Counted from the first letter of the stretch, positions 1-10,454 are shown. The stretch: DNA of 64,000 nucleotides from an uncultured Sphingobacterium sp. (GCA_964489015.1 CAZAXD010000005.1:13521-77520); one strand, 5' to 3'. Numbers and translations: made by a program. The notes: a model not told the origin generated them from the letters alone.

Positions 1-31
1 GGAGGGCGGCCGTGACGAGATAACGCATACC

Positions 32-805
32 TTACTCTTCTGCACCCAAGGACTGGAGCCACTCGACGATCTCGGAATGCCAACGCTTCTCGGCATAATA
101 GAGAGGCGTTTGGCCCTTGGCGTCCGCTGCGTTGATATCGGCGCCTTTTTCGGCGAGGAGCTTGGCGATATCGAGGTGACCGCGCCAGGCAGCTTCATGG
201 AGGGGTGTACGTCCTTCGTGGTCACGGCTGTGCGGTGAAGCGCCCTTAGCCAAAAGCAGTTCTACCATTTCGATATTGCCGCTGATGACAGACCAGTGGA
301 TAGGATGAACGCCCTTGAGAGTCTGACTATGAAGATCGGCTCCCTTTGCTAGCAAAAACTCCACTACCGGGATGTGTCCATTGTAAACGGCCAAGTGAAG
401 GGGCGTCGAGCCATTTTCGTTGGGCATATCTATGGTGGCGCCATGGTCTACGAGCAGGCGAACGATATCCAGGTAGCCCGCGTGGGCGGCAAGGTGCAAA
501 GGTCGGCTACCGGTGACGGTGGCTGCGTCGGGGTTCGCACCAGCTTTGAGAAGGTACTCTACCATAGTGGCGTGGTTGTGCCTGACAGCTACGTGAAGGG
601 GCGTTTCGCTGTTCTGATCAAGCTCGTTCGGGGAGAGTCCCTTACTAAGGAGCCAAGCCGCTGTCGGCACATGCCCCCCTCTGGCAGCCCAATGCAGCAG
701 CGTCGCGTCGTTAGCGTCCCGGATGGTGATCTCTTCGTCAGGAAGGTGGTGTTGGAGACCCTCTAAGTCCCCTTTGAGGAGAAAATCTTGAAGCTTGGTA
801 TCCAT
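32..805 (-). CDS. Ankyrin-repeat protein
   Basis: The 257-aa ORF contains multiple tandem ~33-aa ANK repeats (TPLHxAxxxGHxxxVxxLLxxGAxxN), for example TPLHVAVRHNHATMVEYLLKAGANPD and TPLHLAVYNGHIPVVEFLLAKGADLH. Confidence 0.8.
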   Translation of the reverse strand: MDTKLQDFLLKGDLEGLQHHLPDEEITIRDANDATLLHWAARGGHVPTAAWLLSKGLSPNELDQNSETPLHVAVRHNHATMVEYLLKAGANPDAATVTGSRPLHLAAHAGYLDIVRLLVDHGATIDMPNENGSTPLHLAVYNGHIPVVEFLLAKGADLHSQTLKGVHPIHWSVISGNIEMVELLLAKGASPHSRDHEGRTPLHEAAWRGHLDIAKLLAEKGADINAADAKGQTPLYYAEKRWHSEIVEWLQSLGAEE

Positions 806-840
806 GGCTTTGCCTTATCTTCGTCGCAAAGATAAGCAAG

Positions 841-1116
841 ATGCCTATTCTGCTGGCATGTACAGCGTTTGCGATTGGTTTTTACATCGTTCTTTCCCGA
901 GCTCAGGCGCTGTGGCTGCTGTTGGGCCTGGAGCTCATGCTAAACGCTAGTGCCCTGCTACTGGTAGCGACGGGCACGGTGGAGAGTTTAGCCGTTTTTC
1001 TACTGGTCTTATTTTTTGCGCTGGTGGAGGCTGCGGTAGGCCTGTTTCTTTTTGCTGGGTGGAAGCGTGCCACAGGTACGCATTCTCTAGAATCCTTGGT
1101 TACAGAGGAGCTATGA
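841..1116 (+). CDS. NuoK-like small membrane protein (NADH-quinone oxidoreductase subunit K / MrpC-like), orphan
   Basis: The 91-aa protein has three predicted TM helices. LLGLELMLNASALLLVATG aligns with the E. coli NuoK core LIGLEIMINASALAFVVAG, followed by a conserved acidic residue in ALVEAAVGL. No other nuo genes are adjacent. Confidence 0.5.
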   Translation: MPILLACTAFAIGFYIVLSRAQALWLLLGLELMLNASALLLVATGTVESLAVFLLVLFFALVEAAVGLFLFAGWKRATGTHSLESLVTEEL

Positions 1117-1835
1117 AGCCTTTCTGGGTGCGTCGTTTGTGGAGTCTGTGGTTTGCTTTCTGGCTTTTTGGCTACTTCCTGGTACTTTTTCCTGTTTACG
1201 CAGTGGTTTTATGGCGGCTCACCCCGGGGACGACTCGCTTGGGTCACCAGCTAAATCGATGGTGGGGCTTTTTGATTTTATTCATGGGGCGGATCCGGGT
1301 GCGGAAGCACGGTTTTTACTGGCCAGATCGGCCTTGTATCATTGTCGCTAATCACCGCAGCTACTTGGATATACCCGTTTGTTATACGAGCTTTCCGCCT
1401 AGTGTGGCTTTTTTAGGCAAGGTAGAGCTTGGGCGGATTCCTTTATATGGCTGGACTTATCGTCGCCTACATGTATTAGTCGATCGAAAGGACCCGCAAG
1501 CTCGTAAAAAGAGCCTACTGGCCGTTGCCAGAAAGCTCCAAGAGGGCCAATCTGTCTTGATATATCCGGAGGGTACGACCAAGCACCCGCGCCCCTTGGG
1601 TAAGTTTTATGATGGAGCTTTTGTATTAGCGCATGAGCTTCAGGTTCCTCTGCTGCCCATGGTAATCGTGGGTAGTGACCGGTGTCTAACGGCGGATGGG
1701 CGATTTCTCATGCAGCCGGGAGAGGTAGATTGTTTTTTTCATCCACTGCTAGAGCCTGATGAGCCGCCGGATAAGCTGCGAGAAAAAGTATACCTTTGGA
1801 TGCAGGAGACCTTAGTCCGCTATGAGGGTGGATGA
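1113..1835 (+). CDS. Lysophospholipid (1-acyl-sn-glycerol-3-phosphate) acyltransferase, PlsC family
   Basis: The acyltransferase HX4D motif (IIVANHRSYLD) and the PEGTR-like motif (IYPEGTT) are both present. The start is moved to the ATG at 1113 (MKPFWVRR..., hydrophobic N-terminus). The 5' part of the listed ORF from 1059 overlaps the upstream gene. Confidence 0.7.
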   Translation: MKPFWVRRLWSLWFAFWLFGYFLVLFPVYAVVLWRLTPGTTRLGHQLNRWWGFLILFMGRIRVRKHGFYWPDRPCIIVANHRSYLDIPVCYTSFPPSVAFLGKVELGRIPLYGWTYRRLHVLVDRKDPQARKKSLLAVARKLQEGQSVLIYPEGTTKHPRPLGKFYDGAFVLAHELQVPLLPMVIVGSDRCLTADGRFLMQPGEVDCFFHPLLEPDEPPDKLREKVYLWMQETLVRYEGG

Positions 1836-2118
1836 TAAGCTTTTGGATCAGCTTTGTGAGCTAGCCCGGCTCTCGATCGAGGGGGAGGAGAGAGCCGCGC
1901 TTCTGGCCGACCTAGCTCGGGTTCTAGACTTTGTCGAAAAAATCAACGAACTTCCTTTGGAGGGGGTGGAGCCGCTTTTATTTGTGGGGGAGCCGTCGGG
2001 CTACTTAAGGGAGGACGAGCCGGTAGCTCCGGCCGAGCTCGAGCCTTATGCAAGGAACGCTCCCCAGCATGATGGCCTTTACTGGCGAGTCCCTAAGTTT
2101 GGCGTAAAGGAAGTTTGA
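1822..2118 (+). CDS. gatC: Asp-tRNA(Asn)/Glu-tRNA(Gln) amidotransferase subunit C
   Basis: The 98-aa protein has a GatC-like pattern (LARLSIEGEE...DLARVLDFVEKINEL...VEPL) and the size typical of GatC. Confidence 0.7.
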   Translation: MRVDDKLLDQLCELARLSIEGEERAALLADLARVLDFVEKINELPLEGVEPLLFVGEPSGYLREDEPVAPAELEPYARNAPQHDGLYWRVPKFGVKEV

Positions 2119-3443
2119 CGCGCGAGGCGTTACAGGCCGTCCTGGCATCCGGCGCAGGGGCCAGCCTAGATTCCCGTACGGTCGCACCGGGCGAGGTTTT
2201 TTTTGGTGTTCCCGGCACGCATCAGCACGGGGGTGCCTATGCTCGACAAGCCTTAGACCGAGGCGCGGCGGCGGTCGTCGTACCTCCTGCCTTTGCGCAG
2301 GGACTACCTGCCTTGCAGGTCTTTGTACACCCAGACCCTGTAAGCCTTCTGCAGGAAGAGGCGTTTTTGCATCGGCAGCGCTTCCCAGCCTTACATGTGA
2401 TTGCGGTAGGCGGCTCTAATGGCAAGACTACGACGCGTGCCTTACTCTCGCAGATTTTCTCTCGGGTCGCCCCTACCCTCTTCACCCCAAAAAGCTGGAA
2501 TAACCACCTGGGTATTCCCCTGACACTTCTGCGTATACAGCCGGAGCACAGCTATGCCATCATTGAGATAGGCGATAATCGCCCGGGAGAGGTAGCCTTT
2601 CTGACTCGCCTTGTGCGGCCTACTTGGGGCGTCATCACCAACGTTGGGTCCGATCACTTAGAGGGCTACGGTTCCTACGAAGCTAATTTGTGGACCAAAT
2701 GGGAGCTCGTAGAAGCACTAGCCGAGCTTACGCCGGAGCCAGTTCTCTTTCTCAATAGCGAAGATGGCGGCCTACAGCGGATGCCTGTACCGGCTAATCT
2801 GAGACTAATTAGCTTTGGTTCGGGGGGCGCTGTGTGGGGGCATTGGACGACGCAGGGATGGGATTCATCGGTCCTTTCCGGGGAGGCGTATGGCGAGCCT
2901 TTCTCCCTACCAGTGCAGTTGTGGGGTTCCTACAATCGCCTCAATGTTTTAGCTGCTATAGCGGTCGCTCGCCATGCGGGTATTACATGGGAGGTAATCA
3001 AAGAAACCTTAGGTGCTTTTTCACCTGAGACGGGCCGCAGTCAGATTGTAAAACGGGGCGCGCAAGTGATAGTCTTTGAGGGCTACAACGCGAACCCCTC
3101 CTCGATGATGGCAAGTTTAGCGGCGCTTTGGGAAACGGTGAGGGGAAAACGGGTTGGCTTTGTACTGGGGCAGATGGAGGAGCTTGGCCAGTATGCGAAG
3201 GAGGCGCATGCGGCGATAGTGGGTCATTTGCTGGCCCGACAGGGTCAAATCGAAGGCGTAGCTTTGGTAGGTCCCCACTTTGCAGATATAGCCCTTCCGA
3301 CGGGGTGGAGCTGGTTCGGATCAGTTCAGGATCTTCTGCACCACTGGCCTACCTGTTTGGAGACGGCCCCGGTACTTTATCTCAAAGGCTCCCGCAAAGC
3401 CCAATTAGAGCGGGTGGTGGAAAGGCTGGTTGGCAGCTCGTGA
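2115..3443 (+). CDS. murF: UDP-N-acetylmuramoyl-tripeptide--D-alanyl-D-alanine ligase (Mur ligase family)
   Basis: The Mur ligase P-loop is present (IAVGGSNGKTTT). The MurF-like N-terminal substrate domain is present (DSRTVAPGEVFFGVPGTHQHGGAYARQALDRGAAAVVV). The protein is 442 aa. A TTG start is implied by the ORF track. Confidence 0.7.
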   Translation: MTREALQAVLASGAGASLDSRTVAPGEVFFGVPGTHQHGGAYARQALDRGAAAVVVPPAFAQGLPALQVFVHPDPVSLLQEEAFLHRQRFPALHVIAVGGSNGKTTTRALLSQIFSRVAPTLFTPKSWNNHLGIPLTLLRIQPEHSYAIIEIGDNRPGEVAFLTRLVRPTWGVITNVGSDHLEGYGSYEANLWTKWELVEALAELTPEPVLFLNSEDGGLQRMPVPANLRLISFGSGGAVWGHWTTQGWDSSVLSGEAYGEPFSLPVQLWGSYNRLNVLAAIAVARHAGITWEVIKETLGAFSPETGRSQIVKRGAQVIVFEGYNANPSSMMASLAALWETVRGKRVGFVLGQMEELGQYAKEAHAAIVGHLLARQGQIEGVALVGPHFADIALPTGWSWFGSVQDLLHHWPTCLETAPVLYLKGSRKAQLERVVERLVGSS

Positions 3444-3456
3444 GTATTTTTGACGC

Positions 3457-5073
3457 ATGGAGCGTTATCCTCGGCCCAGCAACGAACCGGTCCTTGCTTA
3501 TGCTCCAGGCTCGTCAGAACGTTTGGCGTTACAACAGGCCCTTGAGGCCGTGTACGCTGGTCACAAGCCTGTACGCAGTTATGTAGGAGCTCATTGGCTA
3601 GACGGCGAAACCGAGCTGCCCCTAACGCCGCCTCACCGACACCAGCACGTTATCGGGACAGCTTACAAGACAGGACCGGCAGCTGTTGAAAAAGCCATAG
3701 AAGCGGCCCTGCAGGCACACAAGACTTGGAGTCAGTGGCCCTTTGAGCGCCGAGCCGAGATCTTTCTCAAGGCAGCGGATCTCCTTTCGCACAAGTATCG
3801 GGCAGTAGCCAATGCTGCCTGTATGGTCGCTCAGTCTAAAACCGTCTTTCAGTCCGAGATAGACATCATTGCCGAGTTAGCAGATTTTTGGCGCTTTAAT
3901 GTGCATTATGCGGAATGGCTCCAAAGCTGGCAGCCCCGCAGCCCCGCCCTCACTTACAATCGATTAGATTATCGACCCTTGGAAGGCTTTGTAGTAGCTA
4001 TCACGCCTTTCAATTTCGCTTCTATCGCAGGAAACTTGCCCACGGCCCCAGCCCTAATGGGTAACGTCGTGCTATGGAAGCCGGCAGAAACGCAGCTCTA
4101 CTCGGCTGCAGTGATCTTAGAAGTGCTGTTAGAAGCCGGTTTGCCCGAGGGCGTTATAAACTTTTTAGTCGTGGATGGCCCTACCCTCTCCAAAGTAGCT
4201 TTGCATCATCCGGCTTTTGCTGGACTACATTTCACCGGGTCAACGGCTACGCTTAATCTTCTCTGGCAACAGATTAGCCAAAACCTCCCTCAGTATCGAA
4301 ATTATCCGCGCATCGTGGCGGAAACTGGTGGAAAAGACTTTGTCTGGGTGCACCACACGGCTGACCCCCAGGGGGTTGCGGCAGCGCTTGCCCGCGGTGC
4401 TTATGAATATCAGGGGCAGAAATGTTCGGCGGCTTCTCGGGCTTATTTGCCTCAGAGCCTAGCCGAAGACATTTTAGATCGGCTTATTGGAATGATGAAA
4501 GACTTCCGCATAGGCCCCCCAGAGGACTTTCAGAACTTCATCACAGCCGTCATTGACAAGAAGGCCTTTGATAAAATTACCACATATATCGAGCGGGGCA
4601 AGGCTGACCCAGAAGTGACCCTTGTCGCAGGTGGAAACTATGATGCGAAAGCAGGTTACTTTATCGAGCCTACACTGTTTCTTACGAAGAATCCCCATCA
4701 TGTCCTCATGATTGAGGAGATTTTCGGTCCTGTGCTAACGGTGTATGTGTATCCAGACGAGCAATGGGAGCCCAGCTTGGATCTAGTGAATGACACTTCG
4801 CCCTATGGTTTGACGGGTGCTATCTGGGCTCAGGATCGGGCTGTTTTGATGAAAGCAGAAGCGCGGCTTCGTTATGCTGCTGGCAATCTATACTTAAATG
4901 ATAAGCCTACCGGCGCGGTGGTAGACCAGCAGCCTTTTGGGGGGGCCCGAGCCTCCGGTACAAACGATAAAGCCGGCTCGCCCTGGAATCTCATGCGCTG
5001 GGTGAGCCCCCGAACGATCAAGGAAAACTTTTTGCCACCGCTCGACTATCGGTATCCGTTTATGGCGCCTTAG
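3457..5073 (+). CDS. L-glutamate gamma-semialdehyde (1-pyrroline-5-carboxylate) dehydrogenase, aldehyde dehydrogenase superfamily
   Basis: The 538-aa protein has the ALDH glutamate motif (ETGGKDF) and the catalytic cysteine context (EYQGQKCSAASR). The length and N-terminus are typical of the stand-alone P5C dehydrogenase (PruA/RocA type). Confidence 0.8.
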   Translation: MERYPRPSNEPVLAYAPGSSERLALQQALEAVYAGHKPVRSYVGAHWLDGETELPLTPPHRHQHVIGTAYKTGPAAVEKAIEAALQAHKTWSQWPFERRAEIFLKAADLLSHKYRAVANAACMVAQSKTVFQSEIDIIAELADFWRFNVHYAEWLQSWQPRSPALTYNRLDYRPLEGFVVAITPFNFASIAGNLPTAPALMGNVVLWKPAETQLYSAAVILEVLLEAGLPEGVINFLVVDGPTLSKVALHHPAFAGLHFTGSTATLNLLWQQISQNLPQYRNYPRIVAETGGKDFVWVHHTADPQGVAAALARGAYEYQGQKCSAASRAYLPQSLAEDILDRLIGMMKDFRIGPPEDFQNFITAVIDKKAFDKITTYIERGKADPEVTLVAGGNYDAKAGYFIEPTLFLTKNPHHVLMIEEIFGPVLTVYVYPDEQWEPSLDLVNDTSPYGLTGAIWAQDRAVLMKAEARLRYAAGNLYLNDKPTGAVVDQQPFGGARASGTNDKAGSPWNLMRWVSPRTIKENFLPPLDYRYPFMAP

Positions 5074-5091
5074 AATGTGTATTTTTGACTA

Positions 5092-6972
5092 GTGCTAGAG
5101 GCAGCTCGGGCGGTGCTTCAGCGCGTGTGGGGCTATGCGGACTTTCGGCCCCCGCAGATCCCGATCATACAAGCGGTCTTGGCGGGTCGGGATGTCTTGG
5201 CTTTGCTGCCTACCGGCGGGGGTAAATCTATCTGTTATCAGGTGCCGGGTCTAGTGAGGGGGGGCGTTACGCTTGTCATTTCACCCCTGATAGCCCTCAT
5301 GCGGGATCAAGTGGAGGGGTTACAGCGGCGGGGCCTTTCGGCTATTGCCTTGGATAGCTCCCTGCCCAAGCCCCTACAGGAAAAGGCCCTTGCGGATGCC
5401 CAGTCAGGACGTGTGCAGTTTTTGTATGTGTCGCCAGAGCGAGCAGCCTTAGGGACCTTTCGCGAGGCTTTACGCCAACTACCTCTGAGGCTTGTAGCTG
5501 TAGACGAAGCCCACTGCATCAGCCAATGGGGACACGACTTTCGAGGGGCCTATTTAGAGCTAGGACGCCTGCGGGGCTATATGCCTGCCGAGGTCCCATG
5601 GATAGCCCTCACGGCTACCGCCACGCCCCAAGTCAAAGCGGATATTCTAGCTTCGCTCGGGCTGCGGGATCCCGAGGTCTTTCAGCAGCCTTTTTACCGG
5701 CCCAACTTCTACTACGCCGTGGTGTACGATATCGACAAGGACAAGCGGCTAGTGCAATCGCTGAAAAAGTTACAAGGCGCTGGGATCGTGTATGTGAGCT
5801 CGCAGCGGACGGCGGTTCAGCTTGCGGAGAAGCTTCGGATGCAGGACTTTTCTGCCGCGGCCTATCATGCGAATATGCCGGCGAGCCAGCGGGCGGAGAT
5901 TCAGGCTGCTTGGACCCAAGACAAAGTAAGGATCATTGTAGCGACCTCCGCCTTTGGGATGGGCATAGACAAGCCAGACACTCGGTCTGTCATTCATTAC
6001 CATTTAGCTGCAGAGCCGGAAGCCTACCTGCAAGAGGTGGGACGGGCCGGCCGAGACGGGTCCCTGGCGTATGCGGTGACGCTCTATCATCCGCGGGATG
6101 CGTTGGATCTGGAGCAGCGTACCCAGGCGCGGTATCCGCCGTACCACCTATTGGCCACTTTGTATAACTACCTAGCCAAGGGAGTGCTAAGCGGGCCTCG
6201 GCGCTATACTTCGATCACGGCGCTAGCGCAGGAACTCAAAATAGAGCCGGCTACGCTGCAGCGGACTTTACATCTTTTGGAGCAGGAGGGCATTCTATGG
6301 GTGCGGGGTCTAGACAAGCACCGTGCCTACCTCAAGAGTCTTCTCTCCCCGGAAGCGTGGCAAGCCTCGGATCAGACACCGCTACAAGGGTGGATCTTGC
6401 GATTGGGCGGGGCTGCGCTCTTTGCAGAGGGAGCCTATGTAGATTTGGCAGAGTGGGCCTATCAGCTAGGGGTCTCGTATGAAGAGCTCTATGCGCAGCT
6501 GGAAATTTTGCGGGCAATGGGCTTTTTAAAGCATGATGCGATGCCTGCAGGTGAAGTGCGCCTGGGCATTCAGCAGCAGCCTACCCCTACCCTTTGGGAA
6601 GCCATCCGTCATAAGTACCAGCACCTCTTGCGTCAAGCCCAGGCTCGCATGCGTTTTATGCTGGGGTACTACCAGCAGCGGGCCACCTGCCGGGCCCAGT
6701 ACCTTTTGCGGTACTTTGAGGAAGAGCACGCGCCATGCGGTCAATGTGACGTATGCCGGGGCTATTACGTAGATCAGAAGCCAGATAAGGCGGCTATAAT
6801 GGTGGCAAAAGCCGTTTGTGGGCACTACCTTCGAGTCCCCAAGCCGATCACCCAGGTGCGGCAGTATCTGTATCAGCACTTCTCGAATGGAGCAGAAAAA
6901 GTGCTGGAAGCGCTCATCGCAGAGGGTCATATTGAAGTTTTGGACGACTGGCGTGTACGCTGGCGCGCTTAG
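5092..6972 (+). CDS. recQ: ATP-dependent DNA helicase RecQ
   Basis: Walker A ([15 protein letters not shown]) and the DEAH box ([15 protein letters not shown]) are present. The C-terminal RecQ zinc-binding cysteine cluster is present (CRAQYLL...CGQCDVC). GTG start. 626 aa. Confidence 0.85.
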   Translation: MLEAARAVLQRVWGYADFRPPQIPIIQAVLAGRDVLALLPTGGGKSICYQVPGLVRGGVTLVISPLIALMRDQVEGLQRRGLSAIALDSSLPKPLQEKALADAQSGRVQFLYVSPERAALGTFREALRQLPLRLVAVDEAHCISQWGHDFRGAYLELGRLRGYMPAEVPWIALTATATPQVKADILASLGLRDPEVFQQPFYRPNFYYAVVYDIDKDKRLVQSLKKLQGAGIVYVSSQRTAVQLAEKLRMQDFSAAAYHANMPASQRAEIQAAWTQDKVRIIVATSAFGMGIDKPDTRSVIHYHLAAEPEAYLQEVGRAGRDGSLAYAVTLYHPRDALDLEQRTQARYPPYHLLATLYNYLAKGVLSGPRRYTSITALAQELKIEPATLQRTLHLLEQEGILWVRGLDKHRAYLKSLLSPEAWQASDQTPLQGWILRLGGAALFAEGAYVDLAEWAYQLGVSYEELYAQLEILRAMGFLKHDAMPAGEVRLGIQQQPTPTLWEAIRHKYQHLLRQAQARMRFMLGYYQQRATCRAQYLLRYFEEEHAPCGQCDVCRGYYVDQKPDKAAIMVAKAVCGHYLRVPKPITQVRQYLYQHFSNGAEKVLEALIAEGHIEVLDDWRVRWRA

Positions 6973-7313
6973 GTCCACGGTCTAAGGCTTCGTACTAGCA
7001 AAAGCCCCCAGCCTAAGATGAGTAAGCTTCCCCCTGCTGGTGCTATCGCGGTAGCCCGCTCAAAGCCACCGAGGTATTTTAGATAGATGCTGCCCATAAA
7101 TAGCAGAATCCCCAGGGCAAAAAAGCTAACTATCAGTGCGTGCAAGGTTCCTCGCCCCTTTTTATCGCTGAGCCAGAGAAGGACAGGGGCGTGCACCAGC
7201 GCAAGGACGGCGGCCTGTCCGAGAGCAGGCACGGGTCGAGCATGGGCGTAAAGGGTGGCCCCTATTATGCCGCCTAACCCGTAAAAGGCGGCTACCAGGC
7301 GCAGCCAGGTCAT
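6969..7313 (-). CDS. Small integral membrane protein (DUF423-like)
   Basis: The 114-aa protein has four hydrophobic helices and glycine-rich segments. Its size and topology resemble YgdD/DUF423 proteins. The assignment is by shape only. Confidence 0.35.
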   Translation of the reverse strand: MTWLRLVAAFYGLGGIIGATLYAHARPVPALGQAAVLALVHAPVLLWLSDKKGRGTLHALIVSFFALGILLFMGSIYLKYLGGFERATAIAPAGGSLLILGWGLLLVRSLRPWT

Positions 7314-7378
7314 CGGACAAAGGTAAAACGGAACCTTAACTGCTTGTGTAGTGGGAAAAGTTTTACTTTTGCTTACAG

Positions 7379-7897
7379 ATGCGTCTAGGATGGTACCTCC
7401 TGCTAAGTTCCATCGTCACAGAGTGCGGCGGCTCTAAAAAATCTGCAGCCTCCGAAAAGGCTTCGGTGATGAGCCCAGACCTGTATGTCCGTATCGAGCG
7501 AACGCCCTGCTATGGGCGCTGCCCCATCGATGTCGTCGAAGCCTTCGCCGATGGAAAGGTCCGCTACGAAGGTAAGCGCTTCGTCCCAAGGCTCGGTATT
7601 TACCAGCGCCAGCTTTCTTCTAAAGAGCTAGACACTCTACGACGACTTTTAGTGGAGGCTAAGTTTGGCCAGTACGCTGACGTGTATGACAATCCGGGCA
7701 TCACGGATCTGCCTAGCTTGGAGCTGAAGTATCGCTTGGACGGTCAGGAGAAATCCATCACTTGCCGAACAGGCTGCCCGCCTGAGTTGCCAGACAAGAT
7801 CGAGCGCTTGCGAACCTTTTTAGCCGACCAAGGCTCCTTTCAAATGGAAAAAGGACCTGAAGAGGAGACGATCAGCGACCCTTCATCCGATGATTAG
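7379..7897 (+). CDS. Hypothetical lipoprotein
   Basis: The N-terminal signal peptide has a lipobox-like ...TECGGS. Two Cys-Pro containing motifs (TPCYGRCP, CRTGCPPELP) are present. The acidic C-terminal tail has no recognised catalytic motif. Confidence 0.4.
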   Translation: MRLGWYLLLSSIVTECGGSKKSAASEKASVMSPDLYVRIERTPCYGRCPIDVVEAFADGKVRYEGKRFVPRLGIYQRQLSSKELDTLRRLLVEAKFGQYADVYDNPGITDLPSLELKYRLDGQEKSITCRTGCPPELPDKIERLRTFLADQGSFQMEKGPEEETISDPSSDD

Positions 7898-8205
7898 TGC
7901 CCACCCTTCTGAAAGGAAAAAACGTTGGGGTTTGGGATACGCTTAGAAGGGTCCTTTATCTTTGGGGGTATAGGTGCTGTTCTGTGTCTTGTTTGGTCTG
8001 TGTGGCATGTCGTTCTAGCTTTTGAGCCTCATAGCAAAGCATTATCCTAAGAAGCACTTTGATGGTTAAATAGAGCGCCTTCCGCCAAGCTCTATGTAGC
8101 CTCTCAAGGCGCCCGTGGATAAAGCGCCTCAGCGCCTAATGCCAAATACCTGATGGCAGGCAGCCTAGGTCCTGCCAGGTGGCCTGACTTGCAAAATCTA
8201 CTTTC

Positions 8206-9450
8206 ATGCATATGCGGAAGGTGTGTGTAAACCGTTTTTCTCTGCTTTCACTGGGCTTGCTGATGAGTATTTATGCACAACTGCCGCCAAAGCCGGCGTA
8301 TCCATTTGGCATCAAACAGCCACACTGTGGTCACAGTTTGACAGACCCCCTATTTTATCCTTGGCCGGGACAGTTTGTAGAACTGGTGGTGGACATTAAT
8401 GGCCTACGAGGGTGGCAAATATTTCATCCGGCGCCCTTCGCTAATGTGCTAGTGGGCAAGGCAACGCTACCTGGGGCCTGGATCCGGTTTCATTGGGACC
8501 AGACGCTCGCCGCCTGTAACCCAAACTGCTACGATCCGAATTACAACCCGCGCTATGACATTGACAAGTGGGAGCTCCTAATCATTACCGAAAACTATCA
8601 GGGCGTAGCGGATTTCACGATGCAAAATACGCACACCAACCTCCTAAACTTTGTCCAGCATGCCTGGCAAAACGGGAACGGGGGTAACGGCACGCCGGTC
8701 CTCCTCTGGACGAATTGACCCTGCTTAGATGGGTCGGGCTGCTTCTTTACAGGCTACGGCATTCCAGAAGATAATAGCGGTGGCGCTTCGGGCTGGCGAC
8801 AAATGCTGGATTTTCTGGAGTTTCAGGGGGTGGGCAACCAGTACGGCTGGCAGAGACTTCAGGATTATGTCAACGCCAATAGACCCGCCGGCTGCCCACC
8901 GGTTTACATCATCCCCGGTAATCGCATGATGGCGCGCTTTTATGACGATGTGCAAAATAACCTAGTGCCTGGCATTACTAATGTGCGTCAGATTTTCACG
9001 GATGGTGTTCACCTCAATGACACCGGCGCTTACATGGTGACGATGATTCATTATGCGTGTCTCTTCAACAAAAGTCCTGTGGGTCTCAGCAACGCTATCC
9101 ATCCTAATGTCACCCTAGCACCTGCCTTGGCGGCGTACATTCAAAACATGGTCTGAGATGTCGTCACAAACTACCCGCGAAGCGGCGTTCAGGCCCAGGC
9201 GACTGCCATGAGCGGGCTGGGTCAAGGAGAGAAGGCCCCTTTGCAGGCGCACTATCAGGAGGGAATGCTCTACATCTCGGGAGAAGGCCTGAGGGAAGCA
9301 GAGTTTACGATCTATGCGATTACGGGGGAGTTGGTGCTTCGCAGCCGCTCGACGGTTATCGACGTGCAGGGCCTAAATGCCGGCCTATATATCGTGCAGG
9401 AGGTTCGTTACCCTGCGCCGTGCCCTGTGGCTCAAGCTGCGAGGGGATAG
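8206..9450 (+). pseudogene. Disrupted gene for a secreted SGNH-like hydrolase with a T9SS C-terminal sorting domain
   Basis: Three ORFs (8206-8718, 8803-9156, 9208-9450) are all in frame 1 and separated only by single TGA codons at 8716-8718 and 9154-9156. Translation reads straight through both. The first part has a signal peptide. The middle part has an SGNH block-V-like DGVHLNDTGAYMV. The last part has a T9SS CTD-like FTIYAITGELVLRSRSTVIDVQGLNAGLYIVQ that lacks the usual terminal strand. Confidence 0.45.
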
Positions 9451-9602
9451 GCCTACTTCTGTTGCTATCTATCGTTTTTTGCTTATACGGTTGTGATCGA
9501 GGCACCTTGCCTCCTGAAATTCTTTAGCATATTTATCTCATGTCTATTTATAAAAACCTTTCTCGTTTACTTCTGAGCGACGGAAAGTGAAAATGGATCT
9601 CG

Positions 9603-10454
9603 GTGGGCTTGACCGCCGTCGTTGCAGGACTCTTAACGGTTTGGGCCGTTTACGGCGCTAAGGATTATGGACTTGCTTTATTCGTTTTGACCCCTATTTT
9701 TATCGGAGCCAATTCGACCAATTTGTACGGCCTGAAGCGAGAAATTACCTTCCATCAAGCCCTGCTAGTTAGCATTTTGACACTCGCCGTTTACATGGTA
9801 GGGCTCTTAGTCTTTGCAATCGAAGGAATCCTTTGCATTGCAATGGCTGCGCCGATCGGCCTCCTATTGACTTTGGTCGGCAGTCTGATCGGTTACGTAA
9901 TAGTCAAAAAGAAACCAGGCAATGCCTCCGCGACAATGCTGGTCCTGGTTGGTATGATTCCGACAATGGCGTTCATAGAGAAAAATAACCCGCCCACCCT
10001 CATTCCGGTAACAACCGCAATGGAAATCGACGCCGACCCCCAGACAGTTTGGAAAAGCATAGTTGAATTTTCGCGGATTGACGAGCCAACCGAGTTTATC
10101 TTCAAGACGGGGATTGCTTATCTAGTAGACGCAAAAACGGAGGGAACAGGAGTCGGTGCTACTAGGTATTGCTACTTCTCGACGGGAAGGATTGTAGAGA
10201 TATTTACAGATTGGGAAGAGTCAAAACTCTTGGGATTTGACATAATAGAACAGCCCGCGCTAATGAAGGAATTGAGCTTCTGGGACGTAAACCCGCCACA
10301 CCTGCACGGTTATGTCGTTTCTAAGCGAGGACAGTTCAAGCTGACAGAACTGACAAATGGAAATACACTTTTAGAAGGAAAAAGCTGGTACCTTTTCAAC
10401 GTTCTGATCCATATTAAGAAAAAAGCCGAGCATAAAAAGAAAGGCGGCCTGTGA
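9603..10454 (+). CDS. Hypothetical membrane protein with a C-terminal SRPBCC/START-like soluble domain
   Basis: The N-terminal ~120 aa form four hydrophobic helices. The C-terminal ~160 aa are soluble with a polyketide-cyclase/START-like pattern (by recall only). The GC content is visibly lower (roughly 45-48 %) than in flanking genes. Confidence 0.4.
   Translation: MGLTAVVAGLLTVWAVYGAKDYGLALFVLTPIFIGANSTNLYGLKREITFHQALLVSILTLAVYMVGLLVFAIEGILCIAMAAPIGLLLTLVGSLIGYVIVKKKPGNASATMLVLVGMIPTMAFIEKNNPPTLIPVTTAMEIDADPQTVWKSIVEFSRIDEPTEFIFKTGIAYLVDAKTEGTGVGATRYCYFSTGRIVEIFTDWEESKLLGFDIIEQPALMKELSFWDVNPPHLHGYVVSKRGQFKLTELTNGNTLLEGKSWYLFNVLIHIKKKAEHKKKGGL

Noticed and set aside
3128-3586. Alternative-frame and antisense ORFs inside well-supported genes
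   Set aside because: Examples are 374-766, 3128-3586, 5526-6167, 11130-12137, 26802-27152, 38344-38661, 40862-41152 and 55633-55995. They overlap genes with clear motifs and have low-complexity, Arg/Ser/Pro-rich translations typical of GC-rich off-frame reading. None has a recognisable motif.
8716-9156. In-frame TGA codons read as selenocysteine or as genome-wide TGA recoding
   Set aside because: Confident genes in the same window terminate with TGA at conserved C-termini (gatC at 2116-2118, murF at 3441-3443). Neither internal TGA sits in a CxxU/UxxC redox motif. Decay or sequencing error is the more economical explanation.
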